DNA of 64,000 bases from Lysobacterales bacterium (GTDB taxonomy: Bacteria; Pseudomonadota; Gammaproteobacteria; Xanthomonadales; SZUA-5). Where the stretch lies: contig JALHMH010000026.1 in NCBI GenBank assembly GCA_022844165.1, positions 1-64,000 of the forward strand, read 5' to 3'. The notes under the pieces are model-generated. The model saw nothing but the letters and a program-made list of their open reading frames with translations. It ran no database searches and was not told the origin of the DNA. Position numbers and translations under genes: made by a program. Below, piece after piece: positions 1-9,889 of the stretch. How positions within the stretch are numbered: the stretch's first letter is position 1; each line of letters begins with the position of its first letter.

Positions 1-1097
1 AGTCCTTCGCGCTCAGGGACGCCGATGCGACCAAGCAGCGAGGCAATCAAGTCGTTGCGAACGTATTGGCGCGATTCCAGCGCATCCACGGTTAGCGTGT
101 TGGCCAGTCCGCCGGGGGAATACAGTTCCAGGCGATCGGGGAAAAGGTGCAAGCGAATATGGCTGCCGCGGATCGAGTAGTCACGATGCACCACGGCATT
201 GACGATCGCCTCGAAAAGGGCCAGGCGGTCGAACTGTGGCGTCTCGCTGCGCCATGGCTTCTTACTCGCGGGTGTGATCATGCGTTTCAGGACCCACGCA
301 TAAGCATCGTCGATCTGCTGATCCAAGGGCCCAACGGCGTCGAACGCATCCAGTTGGCCGCCCTCTGCCCGGCTTGTGGCAGGGTAATGCACGCATTGAA
401 TGTAGGCGCCGGGAAGGTGCGCCTGCGGGTTGTGCGTACACAATAAAGCAGAGGCCACTGACATTCGATCGTTGCCGTCCTCATCGGTCGCAATCAGCCG
501 CAGTTTGCGATGGGCGGCCGGGTCGCTCGAATCGCGTACGAAGCGCGTGGCAAGCTCCGGGTCCAAATCTGCCGATGTGGTTTGCGGAACGGGGAGTTCG
601 TCGAAGCCTATGCTCCTGGACTGGTTGCGCTGTTGCATCAGGCGCATCAGCTCGTCGGGCTTCATCACGCGCTGGCTGGCACCGAAGCGTTTGCGATAGC
701 CACCGGGCGAATGATGCACGAAGAGCGATTTCGGGACGTCGACCACCAGCACGGGCTTCTGGATTCCTGCGGTATCGGGCACTTCCAACCGCCAGGTTTC
801 GATGTGGACCATCGGATCGACTTTGTCTCTGGCGATTTCGCGCAAAACCTGCTCGACACGATCCAGTTCATTGAGCGCAATGCCTTGCACCATGCGAGAT
901 TTGTCTTCGACGCCCAGGATCAGCCTGCCGCCGCGGCCATTGGCAAATGCCGCGAGATCGTCGGCGATGTCGTCGTTACGCGCGAAAACCTGTTTGCCCT
1001 GGGCATGCACAGCCTTAAAATCGCAGCCGGTGTCCTCGCCAAGGCGTATGGCTGCAATCACGTCCCGCGTCATGCGCGCGCGCCTGTCCTCACTCAC
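1..1097 (-). CDS. AlbA_2 (Schlafen-like) N-terminal domain + HATPase_c_4-type domain protein, 3'-truncated by window edge
   Basis: Not in the ORF track because it has no stop inside the window. Manual translation from GTG 1097 gives MSEDRRARMTRDVIAAIRLGEDTGCDFK...DDLAAFANGRGGRLILGVED (AlbA_2 signature) and EAIVNAVVHRDYSIRGSHIRLHLFPDRLELYSPGGL (HATPase_c_4 signature). The start overlaps the helicase stop (GTGA). Confidence 0.85.
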   Translation of the reverse strand, partial: MSEDRRARMTRDVIAAIRLGEDTGCDFKAVHAQGKQVFARNDDIADDLAAFANGRGGRLILGVEDKSRMVQGIALNELDRVEQVLREIARDKVDPMVHIETWRLEVPDTAGIQKPVLVVDVPKSLFVHHSPGGYRKRFGASQRVMKPDELMRLMQQRNQSRSIGFDELPVPQTTSADLDPELATRFVRDSSDPAAHRKLRLIATDEDGNDRMSVASALLCTHNPQAHLPGAYIQCVHYPATSRAEGGQLDAFDAVGPLDQQIDDAYAWVLKRMITPASKKPWRSETPQFDRLALFEAIVNAVVHRDYSIRGSHIRLHLFPDRLELYSPGGLANTLTVDALESRQYVRNDLIASLLGRIGVPEREG

Positions 1098-3895
1098 GGG
1101 CAGATCTCCCATTCGACAGTGAACAACACATTGACCTCTGGCTTGAACTTCAAACGCATCAGGGCGTCATCCACCAGCGCGTCGACCTGCTGACCAATGC
1201 GCTTCTTTTCAGCGTAGAACTCGACCATCGCCTGGTCCCGTTCGGACTCCAGGCGTGCGATCTCGCGCTTGATGGCCACCCGGTCTTCAAACGCCTCTGT
1301 GGCACGCATGGCTTTGCGCGCTTCCTTGAGCAGGCGTTCCAGTTCCTTGATCTTGATCTCCCGCGCCGCGTTCTGGTCCTCCCCCCAGCGATCCAACCGA
1401 TCGCTTTCTTGATCGAACCAATGGCGATTCTGTTCGTCAAGTTTCGCCAATTGGCGCTGTACAAGCTGTTCACTCAACGCCCCTGTGGGTGTGGTGTCCA
1501 ACCCCGCAGTCGGTGCTGATTCGGCGGGCACCAACAGCATGCGCCGGGCCGTCTCTTCATTGATCGGATCGCCGTCCGACGTACAGGCAGCAACCAGCAG
1601 ATACTCGCCGGCATCGAAGGTGGAGGCAGTCAGGCGGCGACACTGCAACACACCCGTCTGGCCTTTTAGCGCGTCCAGATCGACGAACTTGTGCTGAAGC
1701 TGATTGCAGACCAACTTCAGGCGCTCCGGCGCCGCGGAGTGTTCTCGCCAGCGTTGCAGGGCTTCAACGAACGGCGAGGAGTCGACGCGAATCAGTTCGA
1801 CTTCGCTGCTCGCAGCGTGCGCCCAGTCGGTGGCGTAGCGATGTCCGTCGATCGCGAGAGTTGGCGCGCCGGCAACGTCTTCGACGCTGGCGCCGAGGGC
1901 GCCTTTGGCGAACGCGTGCCAGTGCAACTGGCGCTCGTCCAGGCCCAACGCTGTGTTGTTCCGCCGGTCATGGAGCAGCCTTTGCACGTCGTGATCGAAA
2001 CCGGTGAGTACCTTTTCGCGGGTCTGCGCCTCGACCGCCTGAATGATCTCGTCGAGTTCTTTACGGAGTTCTTCGAAAGCGATAGCGATCTCGTCTTCAC
2101 CGCGTCGGCGTTCGAGTATCTCGTTGATACGCCGCTCCAGATCGACACCAGCCTCGATCGCGCCGAGCACCTCGTCGCTGGCGCCGAAGACGCCTTCGAA
2201 AAGCCGCAGTTTCTTGGACAGGATCTCAAAAACCAGCCGGTCGACCTGGTTCTCGGTATTGACGAAGTTGACGACGAAGACGTCACACTTCTGCCCGTAG
2301 CGGTGCACGCGCCCGATGCGCTGTTCGATGCGCTGCGGATTCCACGGCAGGTCGTAGTTCACCAGAATCTGGCAGAACTGCAGATTGATGCCCTCGGCGC
2401 CAGACTCGGTGGCGATCAGGATCTGAGCATCGTCTTTGAAGGCTTCGACGATGGCCGCTTTCATGTCGGCGGTTTGGCTGCCAGAGATCCGGGCGCTACC
2501 GCGATGACGATCTTTCCAAGACTGGAAGATCGCTCGCGAAGAAGAGTCGCTGTTTTGTCCATTGAGCAGCACCACCTGCCCGGCGTAGCCGTTTGCCTCG
2601 AGAAAAGTCTTCAGGTAGCTCTGCGTGCGAACCGACTCAGTGAAGATGACGGCCTTGTGCGCAGAGCCTGGCAAGGCCTCGTTGCTGGCAAAGGCGCGCT
2701 TAAGTGCCGTCAGAAGGGCGTCGCCCTTGGCATTGCGCTCTATTTTCCCAGCCAGTGTCCGGTAATTTTTGATCTCGGCCAGTTCGGCTTGCAATCGCTG
2801 TACGTCGTCGACTTGTGCGTTTGTCGCATCATCGCTGTCGCTTTCGGCGTCCACGCCCGCTTCGATCGACACCAGATCCTCGATGGCGATCTGTTCGCGC
2901 TTCTCCAGCCGCGCGATGACCGTGTTCAGCGTCTCCTCAATGGCGAAGCTGCTGGATGCAAGAATCTTGCGGATCACGAGCGTCACCAGGTGCCGGCCGT
3001 TGCTGGGGAAGGCAACCGAACCCAGGTCCTGCAACCACTCGGATACGCGCCTGTACAGTTCGGCTTCTTCGGGCGTCGGCGAAAAATCCAAGGTCATCGC
3101 ATAGCGCCGCGTAAACTTGATCTGGCCATCCGCCGCGACTTGCCGACGAAGCATGCGCTGACAGATCGGCTTCATCCGCATGCCAAGGTCAGCCAGCCGT
3201 TCGGCGGAGACGTTGCGGCCACGGTATTGCAACTCAAAGGACTTACGGTCGCCGAAGTAGTCCTGGTCGATGAAATGCACCAGGGACCAGAGTTCGACCA
3301 GTGAGTTCTGGAACGGTGTTGCGGTCAGCAATATCTTCTGTCGGTGTCCCAGCGCCGCGAGTAGCTGCGTCGCTCGCGCCGCGTCACGATGCAGGCTGCG
3401 GAGGCGATGGGCTTCATCGAACACCACCAAGTGCCAATCGATCTCTGCAAGGTCTTTGCTGCGCCGCGCGGCGTACTCGTAGCTGACGATCACGATCGCG
3501 TCTTGTTCGAACGGACAGCCGGACATGGTCTTGGCCGTCTGAGCGTCGATCACCTTGCTCGGCAGCAAGAACTTGTCGACCAGCTCCAGTTGCCACTGCT
3601 TGCGCAGACTGGCGGGGACTACCAGCAACAGGCGTCTGCGCTTGGCGGCCCAGTGCTGAGCGAGCACCAGGCCTGCTTCGATGGTCTTACCGAGCCCAAC
3701 CTCGTCCGCGAGCAGCACGCCCTTCGAAAACGCGCTGCTGCGCTCAGTTCCGCGCAGCGCGAACAAGGCCGCCTCAACCTGATGCGGGTTCAGATCAACG
3801 CGCGACTGGGCTGCCGTGGTCAAGAGAGCCGCCTCGGCCGGCCCCTGACGCGTCAGCCAATGCGCCAGATAGCTAAGTTGCGGTGCTGTGTACAC
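1094..3895 (-). CDS. SNF2-family (SF2) helicase/ATPase, 933 aa
   Basis: Motifs LADEVGLGKT, DEAH, LTATP, ESGAEGINLQ and EQRIGRVHRYGQ; N-terminal VDLNPHQVEAALF; coiled-coil C-terminus. Confidence 0.92.
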   Translation of the reverse strand: MYTAPQLSYLAHWLTRQGPAEAALLTTAAQSRVDLNPHQVEAALFALRGTERSSAFSKGVLLADEVGLGKTIEAGLVLAQHWAAKRRRLLLVVPASLRKQWQLELVDKFLLPSKVIDAQTAKTMSGCPFEQDAIVIVSYEYAARRSKDLAEIDWHLVVFDEAHRLRSLHRDAARATQLLAALGHRQKILLTATPFQNSLVELWSLVHFIDQDYFGDRKSFELQYRGRNVSAERLADLGMRMKPICQRMLRRQVAADGQIKFTRRYAMTLDFSPTPEEAELYRRVSEWLQDLGSVAFPSNGRHLVTLVIRKILASSSFAIEETLNTVIARLEKREQIAIEDLVSIEAGVDAESDSDDATNAQVDDVQRLQAELAEIKNYRTLAGKIERNAKGDALLTALKRAFASNEALPGSAHKAVIFTESVRTQSYLKTFLEANGYAGQVVLLNGQNSDSSSRAIFQSWKDRHRGSARISGSQTADMKAAIVEAFKDDAQILIATESGAEGINLQFCQILVNYDLPWNPQRIEQRIGRVHRYGQKCDVFVVNFVNTENQVDRLVFEILSKKLRLFEGVFGASDEVLGAIEAGVDLERRINEILERRRGEDEIAIAFEELRKELDEIIQAVEAQTREKVLTGFDHDVQRLLHDRRNNTALGLDERQLHWHAFAKGALGASVEDVAGAPTLAIDGHRYATDWAHAASSEVELIRVDSSPFVEALQRWREHSAAPERLKLVCNQLQHKFVDLDALKGQTGVLQCRRLTASTFDAGEYLLVAACTSDGDPINEETARRMLLVPAESAPTAGLDTTPTGALSEQLVQRQLAKLDEQNRHWFDQESDRLDRWGEDQNAAREIKIKELERLLKEARKAMRATEAFEDRVAIKREIARLESERDQAMVEFYAEKKRIGQQVDALVDDALMRLKFKPEVNVLFTVEWEICP

Positions 3896-4210
3896 GAAGG
3901 ATGATCCTGTGCTCCGGCTTTGAGTCTACCGGTTCTCTATCCTGGCGGATCGGCAAGCGAACCCCCATGAGTGCGGGCCATCGCTCCAAGAAGTGGTTAG
4001 ACGTTGGCTCAAACAAGCCCGCATCGCGCTCGGGGCAGACATCGACGCAGATTTTGCCGCCGGCAAACTCGCCACCTGCCGCTTCTTCTTCGCCACCGAA
4101 CTGCCGCAGGTGTGGCATTGGTGCAAGATCGTCGTCAGCGACGACAGCGCACTGGCGATGCGCGATCAGTGGTTCTGATTTGCCGGAATCGATTGGCGAC
4201 GAGCCACGCC

Positions 4211-5197
4211 TTACGGGCCCAGTCGCGCCGCCGCCGCAATCGCCAGTCGCGCGATTCGCTGCTGGCGCCAGCGCCATAACCACTGCGCGGTGTCGACGCT
4301 GATCGGCTCAAAGCGGATCACGCTACCGGGCGGGCGCTGCGCGAATCGCGCCAGGTCGATGCTGGCCAGATGTGCGATGCGTGGGTATCCGCCGCTGACG
4401 CCCGCTTCGCGCAGCAGCACCACGGGCTGCCCGCTCGGCAAACACTGGACCGTGCCAGGCACTACATGTTCGCTGATCAGCGGCGCATGCTCCTTCAACG
4501 CGACGCTGGCGCCTTCGAGCAGTGCGGCCATGCGATTGGCGCTGGCGGCGAGACGAAAGTCGCGCCCGAACAGTGCATTGCGCTCGCTCAGCAGCGATTG
4601 ATGCGTGCCGGCAATCAGCCGCAGCGGCGCTTGTCCGAAGATATCGATCAGCCCCTCGGCGTCCGCCCACCAGGTGCCGATACGCGCGGGCGCGCCACGT
4701 GTGGGCACACTGTTCCCGAACGCACGCGGCAGGCGCGAGGGATGAAAATCCAACCGATCTCGGGCTTTGAGTGCGCGCGGGCCAGTACCGTGGACCGTCG
4801 CGCTTTGGCATCCGAGCCAGGCTTCACTGGCAATGCCGCCGGCAACGGCGACATAGGCGAATCGTCCGGCACTCGCCGGCCCCACGGCCAAAGTCGAACC
4901 TGCGGCGATGAGCAGCGGGCGCCAGGCGGGTACACGTTCGCCATTGCACCGCGCATCAACACGCGCACCCGCCAAGGCGATCAACGTCGCCTCACCGAAG
5001 ACAATTTCGGAATAACCAAAACCGAGTTCCAGCCCCGCCGCCGTGCGGCGATTGCCGACCAGCACATTCGCCACGGCGTGCGAAAAGTCGTCCATCGGGC
5101 CGCTTGCTGGCACACCGGCTGCTCGCCAACCGCGTTCGCCGGCCTGGACGCTGGAGAGCGGAGCAATGCGCTGCACCTCGATGGCGGCTTCGCTCAT
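4211..5197 (-). CDS. pxpC: 5-oxoprolinase subunit C (biotin-dependent carboxyltransferase family)
   Basis: Likely start MSEAAIEV at 5197, in ATGA overlap with the pxpB stop. Motifs GVPASGPMD, ANVLVGN, YVAVAGGI, PGTVQ and GGYPRIA. Confidence 0.85.
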   Translation of the reverse strand: MSEAAIEVQRIAPLSSVQAGERGWRAAGVPASGPMDDFSHAVANVLVGNRRTAAGLELGFGYSEIVFGEATLIALAGARVDARCNGERVPAWRPLLIAAGSTLAVGPASAGRFAYVAVAGGIASEAWLGCQSATVHGTGPRALKARDRLDFHPSRLPRAFGNSVPTRGAPARIGTWWADAEGLIDIFGQAPLRLIAGTHQSLLSERNALFGRDFRLAASANRMAALLEGASVALKEHAPLISEHVVPGTVQCLPSGQPVVLLREAGVSGGYPRIAHLASIDLARFAQRPPGSVIRFEPISVDTAQWLWRWRQQRIARLAIAAAARLGP

Positions 5198-5844
5198 AGC
5201 GGCACAAACCGCACGCGGTCGCCGACGTTGAGTCGCAACGGTGCAACTGCACTGGCATCGAACAAGCGCATTTCGGTGCGTCCCAGAACGCGCCAACCGC
5301 CAGGACTGGCCTGCGGATAGATGCCGGCCTGAGCACCCGCGATCGCCACACTGCCCGCCGCCGCGGGGCGAGGCGTTTCCAGTCGAGGTACGTGCAACGC
5401 CTCGGGCAGTCCCAACAGGTAGGGAAACCCAGGCAAGAACCCAATCATTGCAACCGTGTATTCGGCGCTCGTATGGCAGTCGATGACCTGCGCCACGCTC
5501 AGGCCCGTCAGCTGGGCGACGACGCTCAGGTCCGGGCCGTCGTCGCCGCGGTAGCGCGTCGGCACCTCGATCAGCGCACCGCGCGGCGTCTCCGGCTGTT
5601 CTTCGGGAAGCGGATCGATAAGGCCAGCAATCGCCGCTTCGATCCCTTTGACATCCGCACGCATCAGATCCAGTTCGATACACAGCGCCGAATAGCTGGC
5701 CGTCACCGACCGCACCCCCGGCAGCCGCGCCGCCGTGAGCACCTCAAACGCCCGCTGCGTAGCGCGCTGTTCCGCCATCCCGATCGAATCGCGCAAGCGC
5801 AACAGCAAAGCCTGGTCGCCCAGAGGCCAGAGCGTGTAGTGCAT
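5194..5844 (-). CDS. pxpB: 5-oxoprolinase subunit B (KipI/allophanate hydrolase subunit 1 family)
   Basis: [44 protein letters not shown]. Confidence 0.88.
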   Translation of the reverse strand: MHYTLWPLGDQALLLRLRDSIGMAEQRATQRAFEVLTAARLPGVRSVTASYSALCIELDLMRADVKGIEAAIAGLIDPLPEEQPETPRGALIEVPTRYRGDDGPDLSVVAQLTGLSVAQVIDCHTSAEYTVAMIGFLPGFPYLLGLPEALHVPRLETPRPAAAGSVAIAGAQAGIYPQASPGGWRVLGRTEMRLFDASAVAPLRLNVGDRVRFVPL

Positions 5845-5977
5845 GGTGGTTACCGGCCATCCGCGGAAATCTGGAAGCAACTATTCACTATCCGCCTCGT
5901 CGGCACCAAGTGGTTAGGAACAAGATTGGCGCAACCCAGGGGCGAAGGTCCGAGTGTCTATTCGGCAACCGCGGGCT

Positions 5978-6006
5978 TTCAAGCCCTACCCTTTCGCGCT
6001 TACAAT
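5978..6006 (+). promoter_or_regulatory. Candidate sigma70 promoter for rpoZ-spoT
   Basis: TTCAAG-17 nt-TACAAT about 40 bp upstream of rpoZ; RBS AAGGAG at 6037-6042. Confidence 0.55.
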
Positions 6007-6047
6007 CATCGGTTCCCCGCATTTTCCCCGTTTGGCAAGGAGCGCTT

Positions 6048-6341
6048 GTGGCGCGTATTACTGTTGAAGATTGTTTGGAAGTGGTCGACAACCGCTTCAA
6101 CCTCGTGCTGATGGCCAGCAAGCGTGCGCGTCAGGTGGCGCGTGGCGCCGAGACGTTGGTGCCGGAAGAGAACGACAAGCCCACGGTCATCGCGCTGCGC
6201 GAGATTGCCACGGGCCAGATCACGCCGGAGTTACTGGCTGAGGTCGAAAAACGTGAACGTGAAGCCGCTGAGCGCCAGGCCATGGAATGGGCGGCCGCGG
6301 AATTGGACGATGGTTTGGGCAAAGGCGACGACGACCTCTAA
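6048..6341 (+). CDS. rpoZ: RNA polymerase omega subunit
   Basis: GTG start after AAGGAG; (M)[28 protein letters not shown]...[12 protein letters not shown]. Confidence 0.97.
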   Translation: MARITVEDCLEVVDNRFNLVLMASKRARQVARGAETLVPEENDKPTVIALREIATGQITPELLAEVEKREREAAERQAMEWAAAELDDGLGKGDDDL

Positions 6342-6365
6342 CGTCCTGGTGTAAGCTCCGACGCC

Positions 6366-8540
6366 ATGAACGCAGCACACTCGCTGTTGGCAGACACCGC
6401 GCCATGTGGCGCGGGTTCGGAGTTGTTGCCGCATTACATGCTCGATTTGCGGCAGATGCTCGAAAGTTATTTGACGGCCGATCAGGTGCGCGCCGTGGAG
6501 CGTTCTTTTGCCGTCGGCGAACGCGCGCACCGCGGCCAGATGCGCAAGAGCGGCGAGCCGTACATCACGCACCCGGTGGCGGTTGCGCGCATTCTGGCAG
6601 AGATGCATCTGGATGCCGAGACGCTCCAGGCCGGTATCCTGCACGACACCATCGAAGACTGCCCTGGCATCACCAAGGAGTCTCTGCGCGCGGAATTTGG
6701 CGACAACGTGGCCGATCTCGTCGATGGTGTCACGAAACTCGACAAGGTGCAGTTCGCCACGCGCGAAGCGGCCACGGCCGAGAGTTTCCGCAAGATGCTG
6801 TTGGCGATGGCGCGCGATCTACGCGTGATGCTGATCAAACTCGCCGATCGCCTGCACAACATGCGCACACTGGAGGCGCAGTCCGGCCCCTCGCAGCGGC
6901 GAATTGCGCGCGAGACGCTGGAGGTGTATGCGCCGATTGCGCAGCGATTGGGAATGAACAAGCTCAAGAGCGAATTGCAGGAGTTGTCGTTCAAAGCGCT
7001 TTATCCGCACCGGCATTCGGTCATCGGCGCGCGCATCAAGGCGATGATCGGCAACCGCCGCGAAATCATGAGCAAGATTGAGGCGGCGCTGAGTGCGCGG
7101 CTCAAGGAAGATGGTCTGCACGCGCGCGTGGTTGGCCGGGTCAAATCACCCTACAGCATTTATCGCAAGATGCTCGGCGATCACAAGACCTTTGCCGAAG
7201 TGATGGATGTGTACGGCCTGCGCATTATCGTCAGCAAAGTGTCGCAGTGTTATCAGGCGCTGGGCACCGCGCACGCGATGTACAAACCGCTCGACAACCG
7301 CTTCAAGGATTACATTGCGATTCCGAAGGCCAACGGTTATCAGTCGTTGCATACCGTACTGTTCGGGCCATCTGGCGCGCCCATTGAGGTGCAGATTCGC
7401 ACCGACGACATGGATGTTGTCGCCGAACGCGGCGTCGCCGCGCACTGGATTTACAAGACCGAATCGACGCCGGCGAACAACGCACAAATGCGCGCCCGCG
7501 AGTGGCTGCAAGGATTGCTCGACAGCCAGCGGCAGGCGGGCAGTTCGATCGAGTTTCTGGAGGCGGTGAAAGTCGACCTGTTCCCCGACGAAGTGTACTT
7601 GTTCACGCCGAAAGGCCGAATTCTGGCACTGCCGCGTAACGCGTCGGCGATCGATTTTGCGTATGCCGTCCACACCAATGTTGGCGATCACGCCGTGGCG
7701 GCGCGTGTCGATCGTCAGCTCAAACCGCTGCGCACGCGGCTCGTGAGCGGGCAGACGGTGGAAATCGTCACCGCTCCAAGCGCCTCGCCACAACCGCAGT
7801 GGCTGGAGTTTGTGGTGTCCAGCAAGGCGCGTACGGCCATCCGCCACTATTTGAAGCAACTGCAACACGAAGACGCCATCTCGCTCGGCCACCGTATGCT
7901 CAGTCGCGCACTCGCCGATATCGGCGGGGCGCTCGATGCCATACCCGAAGAGCAGCTGCACCGGTTTCTCGAAGAAAACCGGCTGCGGCGACTGGAAGAA
8001 CTATTGAGCGATATCGCCCTGGGTGCGCGGATGCCGGCATTGGTCGCGCGCCAGTTGTGGGCGAGCGAGGGGCAAAGCGCAGCAGCTCCGCGCGATACCG
8101 TGGTCCGCATCTCCGGCGCCGAACGCGGCGTGATGACGTTCGCGCACTGTTGTCACCCGATCCCCGGCGATCCGATCGTCGGCTTTTTGAGCGCCGGTAA
8201 AGGCCTTGTGGTGCACCAGACGACATGCCCGAATGTGGTCGAAATGCGCAAACAGCCCGATCGCATCGTGCGCGTCGATTGGGAGCCCGAAGTGCAGGGC
8301 GATTTCCGCACGCAACTGAAGATCGAAGTCGCCAACCGCCCCGGCGTGCTCGCCACCGTCGCCGCCGCCATTGCCGATGCCAACTCGAACATCGAAAACG
8401 TCGAGTACCTGGAACGCGACAGCCTCAGCGCCTCGTTGTTATTCACCATCGAAGTGCGCCACCGCGAGCACCTGAACGATGTGATGCGCCGAATACGTCG
8501 CAGCGATGTGGTGCAGACGGTGCAAAGGCAGAGCGGGTGA
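6366..8540 (+). CDS. spoT: Bifunctional (p)ppGpp synthetase/hydrolase
   Basis: RKSGEPYITHP, intact HD (LHDTIED), IKLADRLHNMRTL, KANGYQSLHT, TGS and ACT domains; follows rpoZ. Confidence 0.96.
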   Translation: MNAAHSLLADTAPCGAGSELLPHYMLDLRQMLESYLTADQVRAVERSFAVGERAHRGQMRKSGEPYITHPVAVARILAEMHLDAETLQAGILHDTIEDCPGITKESLRAEFGDNVADLVDGVTKLDKVQFATREAATAESFRKMLLAMARDLRVMLIKLADRLHNMRTLEAQSGPSQRRIARETLEVYAPIAQRLGMNKLKSELQELSFKALYPHRHSVIGARIKAMIGNRREIMSKIEAALSARLKEDGLHARVVGRVKSPYSIYRKMLGDHKTFAEVMDVYGLRIIVSKVSQCYQALGTAHAMYKPLDNRFKDYIAIPKANGYQSLHTVLFGPSGAPIEVQIRTDDMDVVAERGVAAHWIYKTESTPANNAQMRAREWLQGLLDSQRQAGSSIEFLEAVKVDLFPDEVYLFTPKGRILALPRNASAIDFAYAVHTNVGDHAVAARVDRQLKPLRTRLVSGQTVEIVTAPSASPQPQWLEFVVSSKARTAIRHYLKQLQHEDAISLGHRMLSRALADIGGALDAIPEEQLHRFLEENRLRRLEELLSDIALGARMPALVARQLWASEGQSAAAPRDTVVRISGAERGVMTFAHCCHPIPGDPIVGFLSAGKGLVVHQTTCPNVVEMRKQPDRIVRVDWEPEVQGDFRTQLKIEVANRPGVLATVAAAIADANSNIENVEYLERDSLSASLLFTIEVRHREHLNDVMRRIRRSDVVQTVQRQSG

Positions 8541-8601
8541 GACGCGGCGCCGGAGCAAGGGGCGATCAGCCCCGGTCCTGGCTCAGGCGCTCGTAGTTGC
8601 C

Positions 8602-9183
8602 TCACATCGGCGCTTCGATCTTCAGATCCGGCGCATACGTGATGTCCTGAGTCGTCGTTGACGACTGCCCCATCGCCGTCGCTTTGATCTCCTGACGCAC
8701 CGGTCTGCCGGTGTCGATCGCGACGTAGAGCTGGGTCACGCTGCTCGATTCGACGCCCATCACGGTCATCGTCTGGTGCACTTCATAGACTTTGGTCGCA
8801 ACACCAGCAACATCCTTTTGGCCCTTGGCTTCCACCTTGGTCACGCCTGCTTTAGCCTGCGCAATAAAATCCTCGCCCATGAACTGTTTGCTCATCGCGC
8901 GCATGCTGTCGGGTGCCGCCATCCATTGCCCGCCCGGCGGTTTCATCCAGGCGCCAGCGGGGGTCAGCACCACATCACCGCCCGGCCCGCCACTCATGCG
9001 GAAATGATCAGGGATGATGATGTCGAGATTCTGCTGGTAATTTTGGCCACCGGCTTCGATCTGCATAGCAGCGCGATAGGACTTGGCCTTGATCATCGCA
9101 TCCCAGGCCGCGAACACCTCGGTCTTGGGATCGGCATGAGCGGTGACGGAAAACAACAGCGCAGCGGCGGCCAATAGGCGCAT
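8602..9183 (-). CDS. Secreted/periplasmic hypothetical protein (possibly LolA/LppX-like beta fold)
   Basis: Signal peptide MRLLAAAALLFSVTAHA; coherent 193-aa ORF; fold assignment is a guess. Confidence 0.7.
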   Translation of the reverse strand: MRLLAAAALLFSVTAHADPKTEVFAAWDAMIKAKSYRAAMQIEAGGQNYQQNLDIIIPDHFRMSGGPGGDVVLTPAGAWMKPPGGQWMAAPDSMRAMSKQFMGEDFIAQAKAGVTKVEAKGQKDVAGVATKVYEVHQTMTVMGVESSSVTQLYVAIDTGRPVRQEIKATAMGQSSTTTQDITYAPDLKIEAPM

Positions 9184-9286
9184 AGACGTGGTCTCTTCGT
9201 TGACGATGGCGCAATGCTACCCGCCACGGCGCGCATTGAGCAGTTGGCCAATCGGCCGAGACCGGACCTGTCGGTCTTTACCAACT

Positions 9287-9817
9287 TCAGGGCTGCGGAA
9301 TCCGCACCAGCCTGGCGGTATCGACACCGAAATCTGCAAACCTGGCGATCGCCGCGGCATAACGCGTCGGGTCGATCTGCGGCGTTCGCGAATAGACCCA
9401 GGCCAGTTGCGCATCCGGTGTCGCAATCAACGCGAGCTGGCCATCGTCGTCCATGTGGATCACCCAGAACTCAGTACTGAACGGCCAGATGAAGCGCGCG
9501 CGATAGCGGGTGCCACTGTCGTCGAGTGGCCACGCAATGCCCTCCCAGCGTTCCTCTGGGGCATCCATCGATTCGCGGAAATAAAACAAATCGTCCAGCT
9601 TGCCATCGTCGCGCGCAATGTACTCGACGCGTGTCGCCACTTTGCCCTTTTCCGCGAAGTACGGCACATTGGCGATGATGTGCCAGGTTCCGAGCAGGCG
9701 TTCGCGTTCAAGCGCGGCCAAACGAGGCGCACTGCTGGGCGTGCTCGCACATCCGGCAAGCAAGAAGGCTCCGGCAATGACCAGCAGCGCGCTGGCTCTT
9801 TGTAGTATCGACGGCAT
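9287..9817 (-). CDS. Outer-membrane lipoprotein, lipocalin (Blc-like)
   Basis: Lipobox LLAGC; lipocalin motif LGTWHIIA and C-terminal AWVYSRTP. Confidence 0.88.
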   Translation of the reverse strand: MPSILQRASALLVIAGAFLLAGCASTPSSAPRLAALERERLLGTWHIIANVPYFAEKGKVATRVEYIARDDGKLDDLFYFRESMDAPEERWEGIAWPLDDSGTRYRARFIWPFSTEFWVIHMDDDGQLALIATPDAQLAWVYSRTPQIDPTRYAAAIARFADFGVDTARLVRIPQP

Positions 9818-9889
9818 GACAACCCTCCTGCGGACAACTGAGCGAGTGGCAGCTTACGCCAGCGATCGTCAAACAGCGGGTAGTTTTCC

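Noticed and set aside
1691-3304. 537-aa + strand ORF
   Set aside because: Antisense shadow of the SNF2 helicase, expected from GC-rich codon bias; no motifs.
5198-5683. N-terminal extension of the 490-aa ORF 4211..5683
   Set aside because: Overlaps pxpB in another frame; PxpC-like sequence begins at ATG 5197.
8541-8601. GC-rich imperfect inverted repeat between spoT and the convergent gene
   Set aside because: Possibly a terminator, but there is no U-tract and I saw no second copy; not supportable as a feature.
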